Assembly: GCA_043821645.1 (NCBI GenBank)
Contig: JBDRCO010000037.1
Location: 250,021-314,020 of the forward strand
From: Pseudomonadota bacterium
GTDB lineage: Bacteria; Myxococcota; JACRCW01; JAFGSX01
Direction: 5' to 3'
DNA: 64,000 nucleotides
Numbering within the stretch: the first letter of the stretch is position 1; the number at the start of each line of letters is the position of its first letter. This document shows positions 8,846 through 21,355 of the stretch, piece by piece. The notes under the pieces were generated by a model. It saw only the letters and a program-made list of their open reading frames with translations, ran no database searches and was not told where the DNA came from. Made by a program: the position numbers and the translations under genes.

Positions 8846-9820
8846 ATGACGCCTGATCGCGCGCTCGAACGCGCTGTTCGCCGAACCCGCCAATTCTTGC
8901 TGCAGCACCCGGTGGCGACGACGCGGGGTTGGCTGGTGGCGGTCTCGGGCGGCGCCGACTCCCTGGCGCTGTGGCGCATCACCGCGGCTCTGGGTCGCGA
9001 TCTGGGCTTTGCCGTCGAAGCTTTGCACGTGGACCACGGACTGCGACCGAGCTGTCATGATGAGGCACAGCGCGTGCGGTCCTGGGCGCCCCTCCTGGGT
9101 ACGCCCTGCCACGTGGTCAGCGTGCGGGTGCCATCCACCGGTCAGGGGCCCGAAGCGGAGGCGCGCCAGGTGCGCTACCAGGCGCTGGAGGCGGTGCGGG
9201 CGCAACGCGGTCTCGACGGTGTGGCCCTGGGCCATACCCTCGACGACCAGGCCGAGACCGTGCTCATGCGCAGCCTGACAGGCTCCGGGCTGCGTGGCCT
9301 GGCAGCCATGCACCCGTTCGCCGAGGGGCGCTGGCGGCCCTTGCTGTGGATGCGACGTTCCGAAGCCAGGCAGGTGGCCCAGAATCTCGGTGTCGACATC
9401 GTGGACGACGCCAGCAACCGCGATCGTCGCCTGCGCCGGCCCTGGCTGCGCCACGAGGTTCTACCGCTGATCGAGGGTGTGCTGGGTGATGTGGCGCCGC
9501 AGCTGGCAGCTCTTGCCGAACAGGCCGAGGGCGCCAGCGATCTGATCACTCGCGCGCTGGCCAGCCATGCTGCCGTACCAGCGGGCCCAGGCGTGGTGGT
9601 GGCGTCCAGGTCCCAGGTGGGCACACTCGCCCCGTGGCTACGCGCCGAGTGGCTGATGCTGAACCTGCAGCACCTGGGGGTGCGGCCTCGCAGGGCACGG
9701 GTGAGTGCGCAGCGCTTTGCCCGCCTGATCGATGGCACGGCACCCTTCGCACTGCACCTCGCCGGGGCGCGGGTGCGGGGCTCTGCCCTCGAGCTGCGGA
9801 TCGAGGTCACAGGCCCCTGA
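8846..9820 (+). CDS. tilS: tRNA(Ile)-lysidine synthetase (short form)
   Basis: [11 protein letters not shown]-loop, [32 protein letters not shown]; lies upstream of ftsH. Confidence 0.92.
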   Translation: MTPDRALERAVRRTRQFLLQHPVATTRGWLVAVSGGADSLALWRITAALGRDLGFAVEALHVDHGLRPSCHDEAQRVRSWAPLLGTPCHVVSVRVPSTGQGPEAEARQVRYQALEAVRAQRGLDGVALGHTLDDQAETVLMRSLTGSGLRGLAAMHPFAEGRWRPLLWMRRSEARQVAQNLGVDIVDDASNRDRRLRRPWLRHEVLPLIEGVLGDVAPQLAALAEQAEGASDLITRALASHAAVPAGPGVVVASRSQVGTLAPWLRAEWLMLNLQHLGVRPRRARVSAQRFARLIDGTAPFALHLAGARVRGSALELRIEVTGP

Positions 9821-9969
9821 AGTGCCCTGCGATCGTTCAGACTGGCCGCAACCCGCCTCCGTGCTTAGCCATGTCCATGCATGGTCGCGTCGAGAGGCTG
9901 TGCTATATTCCGCAGAGTGGAGCCCCGCGTGCCGGGGGTGTTCTCTCCGCGAATGCCGAGGAAAAAGCC

Positions 9970-11901
<1,932 letters not shown>

Positions 11902-11930
11902 GAACAAGCAGTCTGCGTCACACTCCCCTC

Positions 11931-12830
11931 ATGCAGAGTGTCCCTACAACACAACCTGCGCCCATCGTCGTGGCTGGACGGGAATTCGCGTTCGGTGCGC
12001 GCAGCTACATCCTGGGCATCCTCAACGTGACCCCGGACAGCTTCAGCGATGGTGGACGCTTCGTGGATGCCGAGGCTGCGGTACAGGCGGGCTGCGAGCT
12101 GGTGGAGCAGGGCGCGGATCTCGTCGACGTGGGCGGCGAGTCCACCCGGCCCGGTGCACGGGCCGTGACGGTCGAGGAGGAGCTCGACCGCGTGCTGCCA
12201 GTGATCCAGGGTCTGGTTGCCCGCGGTGTGCAGACGATCTCGATCGACACCCGCAAGGCCAGGGTCGCCCAGGCTGCACTGCAGGCGGGGGCCGGCCTGG
12301 TCAACGACGTGTCCGGTGGTCGTTTCGATCCCGAGCTACTGGACGTAGTGGCGGCGGCGCAGGTGCCCTGCGTTCTCATGCACACCCGCGACCTGCCCGA
12401 GCGCATGCAGCAAGGAGAGATCCACTACGAGGACGTGGTTCGCGACGTGGGGCGCTGGCTGAGCCTTGGGGTCGATGCCGCTGTGCGGCGAGGTGTGGAC
12501 TCCACCCGCATCGTCCTGGATCCCGGCATAGGCTTCGGCAAGACCGTGGAGCACAACCTGGCTCTGACGCGCGGCCTGGGGGCGCTGCGGGCCCTGGGGC
12601 ATGCCGTCTTGTACGGGTCGTCGCGAAAGAGCTTCCTGGGGGTGCTGCTTGGTGGAGCCGCAACCGTGGACAGGCTCGAGGGGACCCTGGCCAGCGTGGC
12701 CATCGCCGTGCAGCACGGTGCCGACATCCTGCGCGTTCATGACGTGGCGTCGGTGCGCCGGCTGCTGGCGGTGGTGGACCCCCTGGTGCGCGGCCTTACG
12801 GCCACGGCGATTCCCGCGAACAGGGCTTAA
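11931..12830 (+). CDS. folP: Dihydropteroate synthase
   Basis: GILNVTPDSFSDGG, DVGGESTRPG, DPGIGFGK, SRKSF, RVHDV. Confidence 0.97.
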   Translation: MQSVPTTQPAPIVVAGREFAFGARSYILGILNVTPDSFSDGGRFVDAEAAVQAGCELVEQGADLVDVGGESTRPGARAVTVEEELDRVLPVIQGLVARGVQTISIDTRKARVAQAALQAGAGLVNDVSGGRFDPELLDVVAAAQVPCVLMHTRDLPERMQQGEIHYEDVVRDVGRWLSLGVDAAVRRGVDSTRIVLDPGIGFGKTVEHNLALTRGLGALRALGHAVLYGSSRKSFLGVLLGGAATVDRLEGTLASVAIAVQHGADILRVHDVASVRRLLAVVDPLVRGLTATAIPANRA

Positions 12831-12943
12831 TTCCCACAGAATATGTGGCATGCTGAGAGTCCACTGGCGCTGCTCGATGGAGTGGCGTGTGGGTCTGCTG
12901 TCGACGGAGACTGCGGAGCGGTACCGTCGGAGAAGCCACGACG

Positions 12944-13759
12944 ATGATCGAGTTCCTGTCCCAGATCAGCACCGCCAGCCTGCGGGAGATCGTGGTCTCG
13001 GCCGTCGACGTGGCCATCGTCTACTACGCGATCTACCGCGTGCTCCTGCTCATCCGTGGTACGCGCGCGGTGCAGATGCTGGTCGGGCTGTTGCTGGTCA
13101 TCATGACCTACTTCGCCAGCCGCTACTTTCAGCTGGCGACGCTCAACTGGTTGCTCGACAATTTCTTGCAGTCCTTCGTGGTGCTCCTGATCATCGTGTT
13201 TCAGTCCGACATTCGACGTGCCCTGGTGCATTTCGGTCGGCGTCCACTTCTGGACAGGTTGAGCCGCCAGGAAAAGGCCTTCTCGATCGAGGAGGTCACG
13301 CGCGCGGCGAGCCGCATGGGGCAGAACCGCATCGGGGGCATCATCGTGCTCGAGCGCGCCGCGGATCTCGGCGACTACATCCAGGAGGGTGTGCTCATCG
13401 ACGCCAGGATCTCGCGTGAGCTGCTGCTGGCGATCTTTCACACGCGCTCTCCCATCCACGACGGGGCCGTGATCCTTCAGCAGGGTCGCGTGGCCGCTGC
13501 AGGTGTGTTTCTTCCCCTGACGGCCAACCCCAACGTGTCCAAGGCTCTCGGGACGCGGCACAGGGCCGCGATCGGGGTGTCCGAGGAGGTGGATGCCGTG
13601 GTGGTGGTGGTGAGCGAGGAGAGCGGGAAGATCTCGCTGGTGGTCGAGGGTCAGATCACCCGAGATCTGGATCCTCCCACCCTGCGCAAGGTACTCACGT
13701 CGCTCTTCACGTCCCAGCTTTCCAAGGCGGCGCGTCGCCTGAGTGGCGCAGGCGCCTAG
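12944..13759 (+). CDS. cdaA: Diadenylate cyclase CdaA (DacA)
   Basis: Three N-terminal TMs; DAC motifs IHDGAV and GTRHRAA; VSEESG. Confidence 0.95.
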   Translation: MIEFLSQISTASLREIVVSAVDVAIVYYAIYRVLLLIRGTRAVQMLVGLLLVIMTYFASRYFQLATLNWLLDNFLQSFVVLLIIVFQSDIRRALVHFGRRPLLDRLSRQEKAFSIEEVTRAASRMGQNRIGGIIVLERAADLGDYIQEGVLIDARISRELLLAIFHTRSPIHDGAVILQQGRVAAAGVFLPLTANPNVSKALGTRHRAAIGVSEEVDAVVVVVSEESGKISLVVEGQITRDLDPPTLRKVLTSLFTSQLSKAARRLSGAGA

Positions 13760-13845
13760 GTGCGGGCAGGAGACATCGTGGTGAGGCTGCTTCGACGACA
13801 GCAGGGGGGCGTACCCGATGCTCCTGTGACGAGGAGGAACTCCGC

Positions 13846-14847
13846 ATGGGCACGTTGAGGATGCTCCTGCGGCGCGTTTTCCTCGAGAACGCGGGCACCA
13901 AGCTGGTGGCGCTCGCCGTGGCACTACTGCTGTTCTACTTCGTGCGCGAGGGACGCCAGGAGGTCAAGAGTCTGAGCGTCGACGTCGAGCTGCTGCTCCC
14001 GAAAGGTGTGGTTCAGACCAACGAGATCGCACGCCAGGTCGAGGTCGCCCTGGTCGGCCCCAAGGCCAACATCGATGCCATCGGTCGCGAGGACCTGGGC
14101 GCGCTCAAGGTCGACCTCACACCTTTTGGCATCGGCTCCTCGACCTACTTTTTTCACAAGGAGATGTTCCCGGAACTCCCCAAGGGCGTCACCGTGACCT
14201 CGTTCGCTCCGTCCTACGTCGCGGTACGTCTGGAAAAGGAGGTCAGCCGCATCCTGCCGGTAACCCCCATTCTCAAGGGACAGCCAGCGCACGGTTATCG
14301 CGTCGACCGCTACACCCTGAGTGACGTCGAGGCGACGCTGATCGGTCCCACCAGCCTGGTCGACCGCACGGACTTTTTGGAGACCGCTGCCGTGGACATC
14401 ACCGGCGCCACCCAGACCGTGGAGCGCGAGGTGCCGATCCGTCTGCCCGCGCCGAGTACCCGGTTGTCCCTGAGCGATCCCATCCTGGTCACCGTGCATG
14501 TGGTCGAGGACATCGTGGAGCGCGTGCTCGAGGGCATTCCCGTGGCGCGGCCTGCGGGCTTCGAGCTCCGCATCGAGCCCGCAAGCATCGACGTCACGGT
14601 CAAGGGCCCCTTGCGCCTCGTCGAGAAGATGACTCCGGGGGAGCTGGCCGCCCAGATCGAGCTGGATCCGCGAGCCAAGAAGGGGATGCAGCAGGTGCCC
14701 GTACTGCGCGTCGAGGGCTTGCCCGCAGAGGTGGCTCGCGTGAGCAAGCTCCCCAGGGTCACCGTGCACATCGACCGCACGGGTGTGAGAACTTTGCCCC
14801 CCTCCCCGCAGCCTCGAGAACCGGACAAGGGCAAGGCCACACCATGA
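13846..14847 (+). CDS. cdaR: CdaR/YbbR-like regulator
   Basis: [18 protein letters not shown] anchor followed by beta-rich YbbR repeats; sits between cdaA and glmM. Confidence 0.85.
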   Translation: MGTLRMLLRRVFLENAGTKLVALAVALLLFYFVREGRQEVKSLSVDVELLLPKGVVQTNEIARQVEVALVGPKANIDAIGREDLGALKVDLTPFGIGSSTYFFHKEMFPELPKGVTVTSFAPSYVAVRLEKEVSRILPVTPILKGQPAHGYRVDRYTLSDVEATLIGPTSLVDRTDFLETAAVDITGATQTVEREVPIRLPAPSTRLSLSDPILVTVHVVEDIVERVLEGIPVARPAGFELRIEPASIDVTVKGPLRLVEKMTPGELAAQIELDPRAKKGMQQVPVLRVEGLPAEVARVSKLPRVTVHIDRTGVRTLPPSPQPREPDKGKATP

Positions 14848-16226
14848 TCACGCGGCAGCTCTTCGGAACCGATGGGGTGCGTGGCATCGCCAATGTTCCG
14901 CCCATGACGGTGGAGGTGGCATTGGGTGTAGGTCGCGCCACGGGACTCCTGGTGCGCGAACGCGGGCTCGATAGCTGGCGTCGCACTGCCGGCGCGCGCC
15001 GGCGCGTGGTCATCGGCAAGGACACGCGGCTGTCCGGCTACATGCTTGAGAACGCCTTCGCCGCCGGGCTCATGTCGATGGGAACGGATGTGATCTTCGT
15101 GGGGCCCCTACCCACACCCGGTGTCGCCTTCGTGACCAGGAGCATGCGAGCCAATGCCGGCGTGATGATCAGCGCCTCGCACAACCCCTTCGAGGACAAC
15201 GGCATCAAGATCTTTGCGGGGGACGGATTCAAGCTCCCCGATGAGACGGAACTGGCCATCGAGCAACTCATCCGGGACGGCAACGTGGACAAGGTGCGGC
15301 CACGGGGTGGCGCCATAGGAAAAGCCAAGCGCATCGACGACGCCGGCGGCCGCTACATCGTCTTTCTCAAGAATACCTTCCCGGATCACCTGTCTCTCGA
15401 CGGGCTGCGCATCGTGGTCGATTGCGCCAATGGCGCATCGTACAAGGTGGCGCCAACGGTGTTCGAGGAGCTGGGTGCCGAGGTCCATCCGCTCTCGGTG
15501 CAACCCGATGGTCGCAACATCAACCGGCGCTGCGGGTCCCTGCACCCATCGGTGATGTGCCGCGAGGTCAAGCGCAGGCAGGCGCACATCGGTATTGCCC
15601 TCGACGGCGATGCGGATCGCGTGATCGTCAGCGACGAGAACGGCGAGGTTGTCGACGGCGACCAGATCATGGCCATCTGTGCCCGGGAGCTGATGCGGCG
15701 TGGGCGGCTGGCCCACGGAACCCTGGTGTCCACGGTCATGTCCAACATCGGGCTCGAGCGCAGCCTGGCCGAGGTCGGCGGCCGGGTCGTGCGCACGGCC
15801 GTGGGTGACCGCTACGTCGTCGAGAGAATGCGCCAGGATGGCTACACCTTTGGCGGCGAGCAGTCCGGCCACCTCATCTTCCTCGACCATGCCACCACTG
15901 GCGACGGCGTCCTGGCGGCGCTGTCGCTGCTGGCGGTCATGGTGGAGCAACAGCGCCCGCTGTCGGAGCTCCGCAAGTGCATGGAGCTGTTCCCGCAGAC
16001 ACTGATCAACCTTCAGGTGCGCGAGAAGAAACCCCTCGAGGAGCTCACCGAGGCTGGCCGCGTGGTGCGCGAGGTCGAGCAACGCCTGGGGCAGGGTGGC
16101 CGCGTGCTGGTCCGCTACAGCGGCACCGAGAAGAAGGCCCGGGTGCTGGTCGAGGGCGAGGACGCGGTGCTGGTGGAGCGCTGCGCCGAGGACATCGCCG
16201 AGGCCCTGCGCAGGGAGATCGGCTAA
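14844..16226 (+). CDS. glmM: Phosphoglucosamine mutase
   Basis: [42 protein letters not shown]. Confidence 0.97.
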   Translation: MITRQLFGTDGVRGIANVPPMTVEVALGVGRATGLLVRERGLDSWRRTAGARRRVVIGKDTRLSGYMLENAFAAGLMSMGTDVIFVGPLPTPGVAFVTRSMRANAGVMISASHNPFEDNGIKIFAGDGFKLPDETELAIEQLIRDGNVDKVRPRGGAIGKAKRIDDAGGRYIVFLKNTFPDHLSLDGLRIVVDCANGASYKVAPTVFEELGAEVHPLSVQPDGRNINRRCGSLHPSVMCREVKRRQAHIGIALDGDADRVIVSDENGEVVDGDQIMAICARELMRRGRLAHGTLVSTVMSNIGLERSLAEVGGRVVRTAVGDRYVVERMRQDGYTFGGEQSGHLIFLDHATTGDGVLAALSLLAVMVEQQRPLSELRKCMELFPQTLINLQVREKKPLEELTEAGRVVREVEQRLGQGGRVLVRYSGTEKKARVLVEGEDAVLVERCAEDIAEALRREIG

Positions 16227-16241
16227 CCGGCCAGCCCGCGA

Positions 16242-17069
16242 CTACCAGCGAATCACACCTTCCCCGACGACGATGATGCGCCCTGTGGCGTCGCGCAGCA
16301 CGACGCGCTGGCGGGCTCCGGGGCGATTGTTGCGCATGGCCACCTGCAGCAACATCTGCTGCACGGCACCGAGGTCGGCGACGGCGGGTCCGGTCACGGG
16401 CTCGGCGTCTTCCGGTGGTAGCACCTGCGCCCGGCGGTCCACGGGGCGGCCGAAGCGATGCTCGGCAAAGGCCATCTCCTGGCCGGCCATGACCCATAGA
16501 AGCACGGCGAGGACGGGCAGTGTGTAGTGGCCCACGACCAGCCCGAACACGCCGAGTGCCACGGCCAGGCCGCGCGCCACGAAGACGGCGATGCGGGTTG
16601 CGCGATAGCCCCCCAGGCGTGTCTGCAGTGCCGCGCGGAAGATCCGGCCGCCGTCCATGGGCAAGGCCGGCAGCAGGTTGAACACGGCGAGCATGGTGTT
16701 GATCACCGCCAGTTCGCGCGCGAATCCCGATCCCGCCAGCACCCAGCCCGCACCGCCCAGCAGGGCCAGCGCCGCCGAGGTCACGGGTCCTGCAATGGCG
16801 ATCGCGATCTCGTCGCCCGGTGTGCGCGGCAGGCTGGTCATCTTGGCCACCCCGCCGAAGAAGTGCAGCTCGATGCCGGCGATGCCCACGCCCAGGCGGC
16901 GCGCGATCAAGCTGTGCCCGAACTCGTGCACAAGCACCGACGAGAACACCAGGACCGCCAGCCCCAGGTTGTCGAGGCCAAACAGCAGCAGCGCGAGCAG
17001 CAGCGACCAGTGCGCCTCGACCGCGATGCCGAAGGCCGTGAACAGCTTGATCCGTCCCAGTCCAAACAT
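16242..17069 (-). CDS. Site-2 protease family (M50) membrane metalloprotease
   Basis: VLVHEFGHS, AGP, FNLLPALPMDGGR; ATG 17069 after GGAG. Confidence 0.92.
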   Translation of the reverse strand: MFGLGRIKLFTAFGIAVEAHWSLLLALLLFGLDNLGLAVLVFSSVLVHEFGHSLIARRLGVGIAGIELHFFGGVAKMTSLPRTPGDEIAIAIAGPVTSAALALLGGAGWVLAGSGFARELAVINTMLAVFNLLPALPMDGGRIFRAALQTRLGGYRATRIAVFVARGLAVALGVFGLVVGHYTLPVLAVLLWVMAGQEMAFAEHRFGRPVDRRAQVLPPEDAEPVTGPAVADLGAVQQMLLQVAMRNNRPGARQRVVLRDATGRIIVVGEGVIRW

Positions 17070-17238
17070 GACGACTCCATCGTGGATGCCGTGTGCCCTG
17101 GATGCAAGACGTTGCCGGCCCGGGGGGAGCACCGCGGCATCACTCCATCAAGATAGGCGCGTGGGCGTCTGAGGCAACACCGGCGGCGCCTGGTTCACGC
17201 ATGGGAAGAAATGGGTGAGAAGGGGACCGACCGACCGG

Positions 17239-17898
17239 TCACACGTCCATGGTCTTGAGTGCCGGTGACACCTCGAAGGCGCAGCCGGTCTTCTGCTTGA
17301 TCTCATCGACGCTGACCCCCGGCGCCAGCTCGCGCAGGGTGAGGCCCTGGCCACGCTTCACGTCGAACAGGCACAGGTCGGTGACGATCATGTCGACGCA
17401 GGCCTTGCCGGTGAGGGGCAGGTTGCACTGCTCCAGGATCTTGTGATCGCCGTTCTTGGCCACGTGCTCCATGGTCACCACGACCTGGCGAGCGCCGGCC
17501 ACCAGGTCCATGGCGCCGCCCATGCCCTTGACCATCTTGCCCGGGATCATCCAGTTGGCGATGTCGCCCATGCGCGACACTTGCATGGCACCGAGCACGG
17601 TGAAGTCGACATGGCCGCCGCGGATCATGGCGAAGGACTCGCCTGACGAGAAGTAGCTGGTGCCGGGCACCTCGGTGACGGTTTGCTTTCCGGCGTTGAT
17701 AAGGTCCGGGTCCTCCTCGCCCTCGAAGGGGAAGGGGCCCACACCCAGCATGCCGTTCTCTGACTGCAGGATGACCTCGATGCCGGCCGGGATGTGGTTG
17801 GCGACGAGGGTGGGGATACCGATGCCGAGGTTGACGTAATAGCCATCGCGGAGCTCGGCGGCGACGCGTTTCACGATCTGATCACGAGTGAGTGCCAT
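17239..17898 (-). CDS. scoB: 3-oxoacid CoA-transferase subunit B
   Basis: [26 protein letters not shown] after GAGGAGG. Confidence 0.93.
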   Translation of the reverse strand: MALTRDQIVKRVAAELRDGYYVNLGIGIPTLVANHIPAGIEVILQSENGMLGVGPFPFEGEEDPDLINAGKQTVTEVPGTSYFSSGESFAMIRGGHVDFTVLGAMQVSRMGDIANWMIPGKMVKGMGGAMDLVAGARQVVVTMEHVAKNGDHKILEQCNLPLTGKACVDMIVTDLCLFDVKRGQGLTLRELAPGVSVDEIKQKTGCAFEVSPALKTMDV

Positions 17899-17909
17899 GT
17901 CCGTCCTCC

Positions 17910-18662
17910 TCAGGCTCGCGGCCGCGTGGTGCGCTGCTCTATCCATTTCTCGTAGCCGTTGCCCTGGAAGATGCGCTGCACGTAGATGCCCGGGGTGTGG
18001 ATCTGGTCCGGTTCCAGCTCGCCCGGCTGCACCAGTTCTTCGACCTCGACGATGGTCACCTTGGCCGCCGCGCACATCATGGGTGCAAAGTTGCGCGCGG
18101 TCTTGCGGAACACCAGATTGCCGTGGGTGTCACCCCGGTAAGCCTTGATGATGGCGAAGTCTGCGGTGAGTGCGCGCTCGAGCACGTACATCTTGCCGTC
18201 GAACTCGCGGCACTCCTTCTTCTCGGAGCCCTTCTTGACGCCGCCCTGGCCGTCGTAGAGCTGGGGCAGACCACCGTCGGCGACCGCGGTGCCGTAGCCT
18301 GTGGGTGTGTAGAACGCCGGGATACCCGCCCCACCTGCACGCAGGCGCTCGGCCAGGGTGCCCTGGGGATTGAGCTCGACCTCCAGCTCACCTTGCAGGA
18401 ACTGTCGCTCGAACTCCTTGTTCTCGCCGACATACGACGACACCATCTTCCGGATCTGGTGGGCATTGAGCAGGATGCCAAGCCCGAACTTGTCGGTGCC
18501 ACAGTTGTTGCTGATCACCGTCAGGTCCTTGAGACCCTTTTTGTGCAGAGCGGTGAGCAGGTTCTCGGGATTGCCCGACAGCCCGAAGCCGCTCGCCATG
18601 ATGGTGACGCCATCCGTGAGGTCGTGGATCGCGTCGATCGCACTGTTGAAGACCTTGTCCAT
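17910..18662 (-). CDS. scoA: 3-oxoacid CoA-transferase subunit A
   Basis: [37 protein letters not shown]. Confidence 0.93.
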   Translation of the reverse strand: MDKVFNSAIDAIHDLTDGVTIMASGFGLSGNPENLLTALHKKGLKDLTVISNNCGTDKFGLGILLNAHQIRKMVSSYVGENKEFERQFLQGELEVELNPQGTLAERLRAGGAGIPAFYTPTGYGTAVADGGLPQLYDGQGGVKKGSEKKECREFDGKMYVLERALTADFAIIKAYRGDTHGNLVFRKTARNFAPMMCAAAKVTIVEVEELVQPGELEPDQIHTPGIYVQRIFQGNGYEKWIEQRTTRPRA

Positions 18663-18712
18663 CGTAGCCTCCTCCTCCGACCGGTCGGCAGTAGCATCCG
18701 TCCGTGGCAGGG

Positions 18713-19918
18713 TCAACGGCGGCTACCGATGGCTCCGCTGTCGCGCAGCCGGGTGATGGCGTCGTCGTCGAGACCCAGCACTTCGCGCAGGATGTCATCG
18801 GTGTCCGCGCCGAGGAGCGGCGGGGCGCCCTCCACGCGGCCCGGGGTCTCGGACAGGCGCACGGGCACGCCGGTTACCTGCACCGTGCCCGCGGTCGGGT
18901 GGTGCAGATCGACGACCATGCCCCGCTGTCGCAGGTGGCCGAGTTCCAGCACCTGCTTGGCGTCGAGGACAGGGCCCACCGGGATGCCTGCGCCCTCGAG
19001 ATCGCGGATCCAGTCCTGCACGTCGCGCTCGGCGATGCGGGGTTCGATCAGGTCCAGCAAGGCCTCGCGGTTCTCGACGCGGCTGGGGTTGTGGGCGAAG
19101 CGCGGATCGTCCTTCCACTCCGGGTGCCCGAGCAGATCCGCGAGCAGGCCAAAGAACTTGTCATTGGCGGCGCCGATGACGACGTGACCGTCGCGAGCGC
19201 GAAAGGTCTGGTAGGGCACGATGCTGGGGTGGGCATTGCCGTGACGCGGCGGGGCCTGGCCGGTGGCGGCGACGAAACCCGCGTGGTAGGCCAGCAGCGA
19301 GACCTGGCCGTCAAGGAGCGACACGTCGACATGCTGGCCGCGGCCGGTGCGCTCGCGGGCGTAAAGCGCGAGGACGGTGCCGTAGGCGGCGTAGATGCCA
19401 GCGACGATGTCGGCGATCGAGGTCCCGTGCTTGAAGGGCGCGCCGTCCGCAGGTCCGGTCAGGGAGGTCAGGCCGCTCATGTTCTGCAGGATGGGGTCGT
19501 AGCCCGGCCGTCGCACATAGTCCGGGTCCCCGTGGTGGCCGAAGCCGGTCACCGACACGTAGACCAGGCGCGGGTGGACGGCGAGCAGCTGCTCCTCGCC
19601 CAGGCCCATCCTGGTCAACACGCCGGGCCGGAAGTTCTCGACCAGCACGTCGCTGGTGGCGATCAACCGCCGGATCAGGTCCAGGCCCCCGGGGTTCTTG
19701 AGATCCACGGTGAGGCTGCGCTTGCCGTGGTTGATGCTCAAAAAGTACGCGCTCTCACCCTCGACGAAGGGAGGACCGAAGCGCCGGGTCTCGTCGCCAC
19801 CGTCGGGGTGCTCGACCTTGATCACCTGCGCCCCCATGTCGGCGAGCATCTGGGTGCAGTAGGGGCCGGCCAGCACCCGGCTCAGGTCCAGCACGCGGAT
19901 CGAATCCAGTGGTCGCAT
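18713..19918 (-). CDS. CaiB/BaiF family (class III) CoA-transferase
   Basis: RVLDLSRVLAGP, DMGAQVIKVE, ENFRPG, SIADIVAG catalytic Asp. Confidence 0.95.
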   Translation of the reverse strand: MRPLDSIRVLDLSRVLAGPYCTQMLADMGAQVIKVEHPDGGDETRRFGPPFVEGESAYFLSINHGKRSLTVDLKNPGGLDLIRRLIATSDVLVENFRPGVLTRMGLGEEQLLAVHPRLVYVSVTGFGHHGDPDYVRRPGYDPILQNMSGLTSLTGPADGAPFKHGTSIADIVAGIYAAYGTVLALYARERTGRGQHVDVSLLDGQVSLLAYHAGFVAATGQAPPRHGNAHPSIVPYQTFRARDGHVVIGAANDKFFGLLADLLGHPEWKDDPRFAHNPSRVENREALLDLIEPRIAERDVQDWIRDLEGAGIPVGPVLDAKQVLELGHLRQRGMVVDLHHPTAGTVQVTGVPVRLSETPGRVEGAPPLLGADTDDILREVLGLDDDAITRLRDSGAIGSRR

Positions 19919-20066
19919 GGCTCACCTCGCGGTGGCGCGAGCATGGCACGCGGGCCGCGCGGCCCCAAGCCGGTTTCGCGCGCGCTGCCTGTCGCCAGGA
20001 CGCGAAGTGCGCTAGCATGGCAGGACAGCGCGGGGGGATGCTGACCGGTCATCGCGGAGGTAGCGG

Positions 20067-20405
20067 ATGCTGCGCACGCTGTTCAAGATCACGACCCTGG
20101 CCGCAGCCGTGGCGGCACTGCTGATCCTGGGCGCTGCTGGCGTCCAGCAGGCCAGCGCCCAGATCGCCCAGAAATCCTCATTGCCGACGGAGGAGGGCGA
20201 CTACACGGTTTTTGACACGCCCCAGGCCACGCTGTTGCTCGACCGCAAGAGCGGCAACCTTTGGCGCATCGGTTACACCGAGGTGGGTGGCCAGCGCTAC
20301 TGGTTTGGAACCTTCGTACCGCGGGAGCCTCCGAGCAGCTTCGCGGACTTCCAGCAGCGCGTGCGCAAGGCGATTCGCGGTGCGCCGCGAGAGGGCACCC
20401 CCTGA
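20067..20405 (+). CDS. Small secreted hypothetical protein
   Basis: GGAGGT RBS; signal peptide ending ASA; LLLDRKSGNLWR. Confidence 0.7.
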   Translation: MLRTLFKITTLAAAVAALLILGAAGVQQASAQIAQKSSLPTEEGDYTVFDTPQATLLLDRKSGNLWRIGYTEVGGQRYWFGTFVPREPPSSFADFQQRVRKAIRGAPREGTP

Positions 20406-20555
20406 CGCGGACCCTGTGAAGATGGCGGGCGGGTGAGGGCAGCAATATCGCTGCCGGGGGAACGAGAGATGGATGGCCGCGCACCGTCGAAGCGGTAGCA
20501 TGCTGGCCGTCCCGAGACCTGCGGGGCGAGCCACCCGGCCCCCGGAGAGGACGTG

Positions 20556-21332
20556 ATGCCCTGTCCCCTGTGTGAAGCCCCTGTGCTGGGCACGCCCGAC
20601 AATTGCCCTGAATGTGGTCACCCCCTGCGCCCGGCGGCTGGTTCGACGGGGTCCTACAGCAGCGCGCCAGGGTTGCAGCCTGTGAGTCCTCCATCGCAGC
20701 CCGGGGTGTCGCCGGTACGGCCTGGTCCTGCCTCCCCTCGATCCGGCGGGACAGCGCCAGTATTGCCGGGGACCCCGATCCCGGTGGGGGCCAATCCCTT
20801 CACTCGTCCGCCGGTGACACTGCCTCCGCCGCAGGACAGCCTCATCGAGCACACTGCTCTCGGCGATGTGGGCGCGGTGGTGCCAGAGACGGTCGACGGT
20901 CTCATCGATTCGAGGCTGTTCGGGGCCTATGTTCCCGAAGGCGTCGACGCGCCCCCCATCGAGGGACTCGAGACGACGCAGGTCGCACAGGTCACCATCA
21001 TGGACGACAAGGTGCCGGAGCTGGAGGCCACGTCCTTCATCGATCAGCCCGTTGCTGAGCCCAATTTCGCAGATGCCGGCCCCTTGGACGGCCTCATCGA
21101 CTCCCGCCTGTTCGGGGCCTATGTCCCCGACGGTGTCGATGCACCCATGCTGGAGGGACTCGAGATCACGCGTTTTGACGCCGATGAAATGCCCAAGCCA
21201 AAGGCGAGTGCGCGGCGGGGCGACAAGGTCGCCGACGGGGACTTCGAAGGCTACTGTCCCGGCTGTGCGGTCAACGTCAAGTCGCGCATGTGCCCACAAT
21301 GCGGGAATCCGGCGCGCCCTCGCGGCTGGTGA
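20556..21332 (+). CDS. Hypothetical protein with N- and C-terminal Zn-ribbons and an internal duplication
   Basis: CPLC..CPEC at N-terminus, CPGC..CPQC at C-terminus; DGLIDSRLFGAYVP occurs twice. Confidence 0.75.
   Translation: MPCPLCEAPVLGTPDNCPECGHPLRPAAGSTGSYSSAPGLQPVSPPSQPGVSPVRPGPASPRSGGTAPVLPGTPIPVGANPFTRPPVTLPPPQDSLIEHTALGDVGAVVPETVDGLIDSRLFGAYVPEGVDAPPIEGLETTQVAQVTIMDDKVPELEATSFIDQPVAEPNFADAGPLDGLIDSRLFGAYVPDGVDAPMLEGLEITRFDADEMPKPKASARRGDKVADGDFEGYCPGCAVNVKSRMCPQCGNPARPRGW
20895..21164 (+). repeat. Intragenic 78-bp direct repeat (2 copies, 192-bp period)
   Basis: 20895-20972 and 21087-21164 encode DGLIDSRLFGAYVP(E/D)GVDAP(PI/ML)EGLE. Confidence 0.85.
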
Positions 21333-21355
21333 GTCTGACGCGTAGCGGGGCCTCG

